Shown here: piece by piece, positions 57,748-64,000 of the stretch | How the letters are laid out: each line of letters opens with the position of its first letter | How positions within the stretch are numbered: the first letter of the stretch is position 1 | Source: Candidatus Aenigmatarchaeota archaeon | GTDB taxonomy: Archaea; Aenigmatarchaeota; Aenigmatarchaeia; QMZP01; QMZT01 | DNA length: 64,000 bases | Assembly (NCBI GenBank): GCA_026397315.1 | Contig: JAPLVC010000007.1 | Span: 45,450 to 109,449, forward strand | Reading direction: 5' to 3' | The notes under the pieces: model-generated | Told to the model about the DNA's origin: nothing | Database searches by the model: none | The model's input: only the letters and a program-made list of their open reading frames with translations | Translations under genes and position numbers: made by a program

Positions 57748-60102
57748 ATGGATGCGAGACACATAGAATTGCTCGGCAAAAGCGACACTGAATTGCTGGA
57801 AATATCCCGCATGTTCATGCTGGCGCTCAATCTGGAAGAGATGCAGAAGGTGCAGGATTATTTCAAGCGACACGGCCGCAACCCGACGGACATAGAGCTG
57901 GAGACGTTCGCCCAAACATGGTCGGAACACTGCGTGCACAAGACGTTCCGCGGCAACATAGAATACAACGGGCAGAAGATAAACAACCTCCTGAAATCCT
58001 ACATAATCAAGGCGACCAATGACCTGCGAATGCCCTGGTGCGTGCACGTTTTCGAGGACAACGCGGGCATCGTCGAGTTCAACGACAAGCACAACATCGC
58101 GGTGAAAGTCGAGACTCACAACCATCCGAGCGCGCTGGATCCTTACGGAGGAGCGGGCACCGGCTCAGGCGGCGTTTTCCGCGACGTCATGGGCGTCGGG
58201 GCGAAGCCGATCATGTCAACGGACATATTGTTTTTCGCGCCGCCGGATTACCCGCACGACAAGCTTCCGAAAGGCGTTCTTCATCCGAAGCGCCTGATGA
58301 AAGGCGTCGTGGCCGGCATCCGCGACTATGGCAACAGGATGGGCATCCCGACGGCGAATGGCGGATTCGGATTTCACGAAGGTTATGTGGGCAACCCGCT
58401 CGTTTATGCCGGTTGCCTGGGCATAATGCCGAAGGAAAAATACGTGCGCGACGCGAAACCGGGAGATAAGATAGTGCTCGCAGGCGGGCGCACAGGACGT
58501 GACGGAATACACGGCGTAACGTTCGCCTCGCTGGAGCTTTCGACTGACTCGAAGAAAACGTCGAGCGGAGCGGTGCAGATAGGCAACGCCATCGAGGAGA
58601 AGCGCGTGCTCGACGGACAGCTGAAGGCGAGGGACGTCCGAGACGTCCCGCTCTATTCGGCCATCACCGATTGCGGAGGCGGAGGATTGTCATCGGCGAT
58701 TGGCGAGATGGGCAAAAAAACCGGTGCCAGGGTATGGCTGGACAAGGTCCCGCTCAAATACGATGGTCTCGAGCCGTGGGAGATTTGGATTTCAGAGGCG
58801 CAGGAAAGGATGCTTCTCGCCGTACCTGAAGAAAACGTCGCAGAAGTGCTGGAGATTTTCAGGGAGGAGAACACGGAAGCGAATGTAATAGGCGAATTCA
58901 CCAGTGACAAAAAGCTCACGCTCATGTTCAACGACAAAACTATCGGAGAGCTCGACATGGGATTCCTGCACGACGGCTTTCCGAAAGCCGAGAAGAAAGC
59001 CGTGCTTAAAATAAGCGAAAAGAAGGATCCTGACCTGCAGGACCAGAAGGATTTCGGTATGGACGTGAAAGCGCTTCTTTCTTCACCGACCATTGCGAGC
59101 AAGGAATGGGTCATACGCCAATACGACCATGAAGTGCAGGCGAAGACTGTGATAAAGCCGATACAGGGCCTCGGCGGACCCGGAGACGCATGCGTGCTCA
59201 GGCCGATATACGACGAATGGAAAGGGGTAGTCGTCTCGAACGGTTATAATCCCAGGTTTTCCGGCAATCCCTACAACATGGCGCTGTCCGCGATAGACGA
59301 AGCGATGCGCAACAACGTCTGCTGCGGAGGGCGCCGCATAGCGCTGCTAGACAACTTCTCATGGGGCAACCCCGAAAAGCCCGACCGGCTTGGAGCGCTC
59401 GTTGAGGCTGTGAAAGCCTGCCACGACGGTTCGTTAGCGTTTTGCGCGCCTTTCATTTCCGGCAAGGATTCCCTTTACAACGAATACAGCCTAGGCGGGG
59501 CGAAAGACACGATTTCCATCCCGTATACGCTCGTTATTACTGCGGTCGGCATAATACCCGACGTGCGCAAGGCCGTGACCATGGACCTTAAGATGGCAGG
59601 CAATCCCGTTTACATGGTCGGCGAGACGAAAGACGAGATGGACGGCTCACATTATTACATGATAAAGCACGTTGATGGCGGAACGGTTCCTGGCGTTGAC
59701 CTAGCGAAGGCGAAGGAAAGCATGGATTCGCTAGTCGAAGCGATGGACGCTGGTTTGGTCCGCGCGTGCCACGACTGCTCGGAAGGAGGACTAGCCGTCG
59801 CAGCCGCGGAGATGTGCTTCGCCGGCGGCCTCGGCATGAGAATCGACCTAGACAATGTTCAGCAGAAATGCATCGTTAAAAATCACAAGCTGCTGTTCTC
59901 GGAGAGCAACTCCCGCTTCCTGGTCGAAGTTGCCAAAGGCAAGGAGGACGAGTTCGAGAATCTAATGGGCTCTCATGTTTCGAGAATAGGAGAAGTGACG
60001 CAGCGCAATAATCTGCTTGTCGCCGGCCTGAACGGCAGGGCTATAATAGACGAGGATATCGACGATCTCAGGAAAGCGTGGAGGAAGACTTTCGACTGGT
60101 GA
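57748..60102 (+). CDS. purL: Phosphoribosylformylglycinamidine synthase subunit II
   Basis: PurL/AIR-synthase-related domains; about 780 aa. Confidence 0.9.
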   Translation: MDARHIELLGKSDTELLEISRMFMLALNLEEMQKVQDYFKRHGRNPTDIELETFAQTWSEHCVHKTFRGNIEYNGQKINNLLKSYIIKATNDLRMPWCVHVFEDNAGIVEFNDKHNIAVKVETHNHPSALDPYGGAGTGSGGVFRDVMGVGAKPIMSTDILFFAPPDYPHDKLPKGVLHPKRLMKGVVAGIRDYGNRMGIPTANGGFGFHEGYVGNPLVYAGCLGIMPKEKYVRDAKPGDKIVLAGGRTGRDGIHGVTFASLELSTDSKKTSSGAVQIGNAIEEKRVLDGQLKARDVRDVPLYSAITDCGGGGLSSAIGEMGKKTGARVWLDKVPLKYDGLEPWEIWISEAQERMLLAVPEENVAEVLEIFREENTEANVIGEFTSDKKLTLMFNDKTIGELDMGFLHDGFPKAEKKAVLKISEKKDPDLQDQKDFGMDVKALLSSPTIASKEWVIRQYDHEVQAKTVIKPIQGLGGPGDACVLRPIYDEWKGVVVSNGYNPRFSGNPYNMALSAIDEAMRNNVCCGGRRIALLDNFSWGNPEKPDRLGALVEAVKACHDGSLAFCAPFISGKDSLYNEYSLGGAKDTISIPYTLVITAVGIIPDVRKAVTMDLKMAGNPVYMVGETKDEMDGSHYYMIKHVDGGTVPGVDLAKAKESMDSLVEAMDAGLVRACHDCSEGGLAVAAAEMCFAGGLGMRIDLDNVQQKCIVKNHKLLFSESNSRFLVEVAKGKEDEFENLMGSHVSRIGEVTQRNNLLVAGLNGRAIIDEDIDDLRKAWRKTFDW

Positions 60103-60118
60103 AGCGAAAAAAGGTGTC

Positions 60119-60874
60119 ATGATGGTAAAGACTTTGGTGCTAAGGGCTGACGGGACAAATTGCGATGAAGAGACTGCGTACGCGTTCCATCTTGCTGGTT
60201 CGCACGCGGACAGGGTCCACATAAACGAGCTCATAAAAGGAAAGAAGTCGCTGGACGATTACCAGATACTGGCCATCCCCGGCGGCTTCGCTCACGGCGA
60301 CGACGTCGCATCCGGAAAAATACTTGCAAATCTCATAAGGTTCAAGCTCAACAAGGATTTTGTAAAATTCATAGAAAGCGGCAAGCTGGTCATAGGCATA
60401 TGCAACGGCTTCCAGGCGATAGTCAAAGCAGGACTGCTTCCTGCGTTCGGAGGTTTTGGCAACCAGGAGGCGACTCTGGCGGCGAATGACTCCGGCTACT
60501 TCATTGACAAATGGGTCACGCTTAATCACGTCAACAAGGGCAAATGCGTCTTCACGAAGGGTATGAAAAGCGAAATTTTCGTGCCCATAAACCACGCCGA
60601 AGGCAAGTTCATAGCGTCTTCGGAGATACTGCATTCGCTAGAGACGAATGACCAGGTTGTTTTCACATATAAGGACAACCCCAACGGCTCGATGAACTCG
60701 ATTGCCGGCATATGCAACACGCAGGGCAATGTGTTCGGGCTTATGCCGCACCCGGAAAAATTCGTATCGAAATACACGCACCCGTTCTGGACGCGCGATA
60801 AATGGCTCCCAGAGGAAGGCGACGGCCTGGCGATATTCAGGAACGCGGTGAATTATGCCAAGAAGAAATTCTGA
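60119..60874 (+). CDS. purQ: Phosphoribosylformylglycinamidine synthase subunit I (glutaminase)
   Basis: Class I glutamine amidotransferase; GICNGFQ catalytic Cys; 251 aa. Confidence 0.9.
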   Translation: MMVKTLVLRADGTNCDEETAYAFHLAGSHADRVHINELIKGKKSLDDYQILAIPGGFAHGDDVASGKILANLIRFKLNKDFVKFIESGKLVIGICNGFQAIVKAGLLPAFGGFGNQEATLAANDSGYFIDKWVTLNHVNKGKCVFTKGMKSEIFVPINHAEGKFIASSEILHSLETNDQVVFTYKDNPNGSMNSIAGICNTQGNVFGLMPHPEKFVSKYTHPFWTRDKWLPEEGDGLAIFRNAVNYAKKKF

Positions 60875-61005
60875 CCCACGACCGGCTCATTTCTTAACCT
60901 TTGAAGCGACTTCTCCGGCGAAGCCCCGTGAGGAAAGCAGGACAGAAAAATATTTAAACCACGTCAACAGAATAATGAATTAAATATAAGACAGGAGAAG
61001 ATAAA

Positions 61006-61182
61006 ATGGCATTTAGAGAAAGACGTTTCGACGAAAGATCGGAAAGAAGAGACTTCAGACCACGCGAGATGCACAAGGCTGTTTGTTCTGAGTGCGGAAA
61101 AGAGTGCGAAGTCCCGTTCAAGCCCACGGATGGCAGACCGGTTTTCTGCAGAGACTGCTTCGCAAAAAAGAGAAGGTTCTAA
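61006..61182 (+). CDS. Zn-ribbon mini-protein (58 aa; CSECGKEC...CRDC)
   Basis: Manual translation MAFRERRFDERSERRDFRPREMHKAVCSECGKECEVPFKPTDGRPVFCRDCFAKKRRF; AGGAGA RBS; below the ORF-track cutoff. Confidence 0.5.
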   Translation: MAFRERRFDERSERRDFRPREMHKAVCSECGKECEVPFKPTDGRPVFCRDCFAKKRRF

Positions 61183-61299
61183 GTTGGTTAAACACGGGAC
61201 CATTGCAGAAATTTAATTTGGTTAGTTTTTACTTTATTTTTCCAAAATTTTCCAAAAATCAGATTTCAGAGGCGATTTCAAGCCGTGCGCTCACTGTTC

Positions 61300-62649
61300 T
61301 CAAATAGCTATCGCTATGAAAGAGCAGATGAATATGGCTGCTATGGAAACGAGCAGGCCAGCCTTCAGCAGATCCCTCAGCTTGACGTAGTTCGTAGAAT
61401 ACGCTATGGTTGTAGGCGGCGTCCCGCTGGGCATTATGAAGTCGAGCGAGACTCCGACGCCCGCGAGCATCGCTAGCATCCGCGGGTTTATGCCAGTCGC
61501 TACTGCGAGCGGTATCATCATCGGCACGATTACCGAAGCGGCTGCCGTGTTGCTGGCGAACGCTGTGAGAGCGACGCCGAAGGTTATTATGACTAACGCT
61601 ATTAGTAACGCTCCCTGCCCGGATATTATGTTGCCTATCGCATTCGCCATAGTCACGTCGAGGGCGGAAGCGTGCATGGCAAACCCTAGCGAAATGCCGC
61701 CTCCTATCAGGATGAGCGAAGGCCAGTCTATCTTCTTGAAATCGTCGCCTTTCAGCAGCCCCAGGCCGAACAAAAGGAAAACCGGCACGAGGGAAATGGT
61801 GCCTATGTCCATTTTATGTATCTCCGTCGTGACCCAGAGCATGATGGTAATCGCGAATATTGCCAGGACTTTCTTTTGGTCCATGTTAAGCTTCCTCTTG
61901 TTCTCCTGCATGTTTATCTTCTTCACTTCCGGCTTGAACAGGAAAGTGAGGATTATGAAAGTCGAGCAGATTAGCGCCACCATCATGGGAAAGCCGTAAT
62001 ACGTCCAGTCCATGAAGCCGAAAGAATAGCCTGCCTGGTTCAGGAATTTCGCCACGAGCACGTTGGGCGTGCTGCCAACCATTGTACCCAGGCCGCCGAT
62101 GGTCGCAGCGAAGCCAATGCCGAGGACGAGCGACTTGCCGAAGCTGGATTTGCCGGGCAGCATCTTGTTGCTCTTGAGTATGATGAGGCCGATGGGCATC
62201 ATCATGGCGGCGGCGGCCGAATTAGCCATCCACATCGATATGAAAGCCGTCACTCCTATCATGCTGAAAAGGACGATGCGCGGGCTTGAGCCGCGGTGCA
62301 CGAGCTTGTGGCCTATGTATTCGTCGACCTTGTATTTGCTCAGGGCGAGTGCTATGACGAAACCGCCGAGCACGAGCACGACGACGGAATCGAAGAACGG
62401 AGAGAACGCCTCCGCCGGTTTAAAGCCGCCGAATATGACTAGCAGGAAAGGTATGAACAGCGCGGTTATGTGAAGGGGAACTATTTCCGAAAGCCACATG
62501 AAGAGGGCGGTGAACGTTATGGTGAAGACGATTTGCTGAGGCGAACCGAAGCCGAGAAAATAAGACGACAGAGCAGTTGAGAACAAAATGCCTGCAATCA
62601 CAAACAGTATCTTCTTGGCAATGCTCCACGTGGGAATCTCGTGACGCAT
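61300..62649 (-). CDS. DASS/SLC13-type anion:sodium symporter family permease
   Basis: 449 aa polytopic; SGTPPT motifs typical of the DASS family. Confidence 0.6.
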   Translation of the reverse strand: MRHEIPTWSIAKKILFVIAGILFSTALSSYFLGFGSPQQIVFTITFTALFMWLSEIVPLHITALFIPFLLVIFGGFKPAEAFSPFFDSVVVLVLGGFVIALALSKYKVDEYIGHKLVHRGSSPRIVLFSMIGVTAFISMWMANSAAAAMMMPIGLIILKSNKMLPGKSSFGKSLVLGIGFAATIGGLGTMVGSTPNVLVAKFLNQAGYSFGFMDWTYYGFPMMVALICSTFIILTFLFKPEVKKINMQENKRKLNMDQKKVLAIFAITIMLWVTTEIHKMDIGTISLVPVFLLFGLGLLKGDDFKKIDWPSLILIGGGISLGFAMHASALDVTMANAIGNIISGQGALLIALVIITFGVALTAFASNTAAASVIVPMMIPLAVATGINPRMLAMLAGVGVSLDFIMPSGTPPTTIAYSTNYVKLRDLLKAGLLVSIAAIFICSFIAIAI

Positions 62650-62713
62650 ATTATTATTTTGGGAGCCACAGATAATAAGATATTTTCTTAAGCAGGGCGG
62701 TCAAAGGTATATC

Positions 62714-63160
62714 ATGACTAAGAAATCCGGGAAGCCATCTAAAGCTGCCAGTTCTGAAACCATCTCAGACATCTTCGAGAACTACGCCAGGGAAAAAATA
62801 CAGGTGCCGTGGGAGCTTAGGATTGACACGAAAATCGCCGCGGCAGTCTCGGCTGTCGCCGCCCTGTTATTATTTGGAACGTTCGTTTACCACTTCATGG
62901 AGAACTGGAGCTGGATTCAGGCGTTCTATTTTTCAGTCACGACGCTGACCACCGTCGGTTATGGCGACATACACCCGACCACCGACCTGTCGCGGCTTTT
63001 CACAGCAGGATACATCCTGACGGGCGTCGCGATAGTGCTTGCGTCGCTGGAAATAATAGGCTCGACCTACATCACCAGACGAGAGACTCAGATACTGCTG
63101 AAAAAACAGAAATACGAAAGTGAAAGGACGAAAAGGAAAAAGCAGCGGCAAAACTTATAA
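62714..63160 (+). CDS. Two-TM potassium channel (KcsA-like)
   Basis: Selectivity filter TTVGYGD between two TM helices. Confidence 0.75.
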   Translation: MTKKSGKPSKAASSETISDIFENYAREKIQVPWELRIDTKIAAAVSAVAALLLFGTFVYHFMENWSWIQAFYFSVTTLTTVGYGDIHPTTDLSRLFTAGYILTGVAIVLASLEIIGSTYITRRETQILLKKQKYESERTKRKKQRQNL

Positions 63161-63226
63161 AACACGCGCCGAAAAGATTAGTATAATTGTTTTGCGCCGT
63201 TGGATGGCGGCGCCTGGGGTGATGGG

Positions 63227-63655
63227 ATGAAAGTTCTTATAATTTGCGGCAGCGAATCCGACCTTGAAATCGCCAGGAAGGCGGAGGACATACTCAAGAA
63301 GAACAAGATTGCCTTCGATATCCGCGTCTCGTCCGCCCACCGCGATCCGGAGGGAACCAGAAAGATCGTTAAGTCGACCGACGCGGACGTCATAATCGCC
63401 GTAGCCGGCCTTGCGGCCGCGTTACCAGGGTTTGTCGCGTCGATGACACATAAGCCCGTGATAGGCGTGCCTGTCGGAGTCAAGCTCGGTGGTCTCGACG
63501 CACTGCTTTCCATGATGCAGATGCCGTCGGGCGTGCCAGTCGCGACGGTTTCCATAGACGGTGGTAAAAATGCTGCAATATTAGCTATGGAAATATTGGC
63601 TCTAAAGGATGAAAATATCAGAAAGAAACTTATAAAATATAGAAGATTGAAATGA
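63227..63655 (+). CDS. purE: N5-carboxyaminoimidazole ribonucleotide mutase
   Basis: PurE fold (MKVLIICGSESD...SAHR...VIIAVAG...PVIGVP); the ORF track starts at a TTG at 63200, but the ATG at 63227 is more likely. Confidence 0.8.
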   Translation: MKVLIICGSESDLEIARKAEDILKKNKIAFDIRVSSAHRDPEGTRKIVKSTDADVIIAVAGLAAALPGFVASMTHKPVIGVPVGVKLGGLDALLSMMQMPSGVPVATVSIDGGKNAAILAMEILALKDENIRKKLIKYRRLK

Positions 63656-64000
63656 TAGATGAAAAAACTTTACAAGAATGGACCGAATTATATAATATCG
63701 GTTGGGGTTCATACAAAATTGCTAAGAAATATGGCATTTCTATTCCTACCGTGCAAAAATATTTAAGAAAAGTTGGTATATTTAATGGGATTAGGACGCG
63801 AGACGCACGTATCAAAAATTTTGATAGTATGGCCAAAGAGAAGAATTGTATTGTGATAAAAGGTGATATATCTGACAATGAAAAAAGATGTGATCTGAGA
63901 TTTTCTCTCGGAAATCTTGACGGGGTGAAAATTGTTCCCAGATTTGATAAAGGATTTAAAAAAGTCCTTTTAATACCCAACAAAAATGGCCGCAAACTAT
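63652..64000 (+). CDS. Hypothetical HTH-containing protein, AT-rich, 3'-truncated by window edge
   Basis: Manual translation MIDEKTLQEWTELYNIGWGSYKIAKKYGISIPTVQKYLRKVG...; ATGA overlap with the purE stop; not in the ORF track on this strand. Confidence 0.4.
   Translation, partial: MIDEKTLQEWTELYNIGWGSYKIAKKYGISIPTVQKYLRKVGIFNGIRTRDARIKNFDSMAKEKNCIVIKGDISDNEKRCDLRFSLGNLDGVKIVPRFDKGFKKVLLIPNKNGRKL

Overview
This window is a 64-kb archaeal chromosomal segment, mostly GC-rich (roughly half G+C by eye), with tightly packed and often overlapping genes. The archaeal assignment rests on a TATA-binding protein, Alba, archaeal-type TrpRS and TyrRS, GatD/GatE, CDP-archaeol synthase, Kae1, a Hef-like helicase, an aCPSF2-like beta-CASP RNase and intron-containing tRNAs. 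Most of the window is core housekeeping. There is a large folate/purine supercluster (purD-folD, purN-purH, folC, MTHFS, a tandem-fused purS, purL, purQ, purE, plus purA and guaB elsewhere). There are also translation genes (trpS, tyrS, gatDE, an eIF2B-like gene, deoxyhypusine synthase), RNA metabolism genes (RtcA, a DEAD-box helicase, beta-CASP) and DNA repair genes (an Mre11-like nuclease, a Hef-like helicase, a LigD_N-like protein). Several regions are not explained by core functions and deserve a second look. (1) A co-directional operon at the window start encodes an SLT lytic transglycosylase, an M23 peptidase and a peptidoglycan-binding-domain protein, all membrane-anchored, in an organism that should have no murein. 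(2) A visibly AT-rich ~2.3-kb islet (about 20140..22440) next to a tRNA-Ala carries a PIN-like protein, a large wHTH protein, a truncated SNase-like nuclease and a 50-aa membrane peptide. (3) Two tRNA genes have unusual introns: tRNA-Ala(CGC) has a 39-nt intron in the D-loop, and a class II (Leu-like) tRNA has about 105 nt of intronic sequence whose structure I cannot resolve. (4) An in-frame, AT-rich insertion of about 80 codons sits inside tyrS between the conserved class I motifs. (5) There are tandem duplicated genes for TAT-signal proteins with a C-terminal TPR-like region. (6) A UbiA-like gene lies next to a radical-SAM/SPASM gene. (7) There is a block of three small ORFs of unknown function, and two Zn-ribbon mini-proteins fall below the ORF-track cutoff. 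Coordinates derived by hand-counting may be off by a nucleotide or two.
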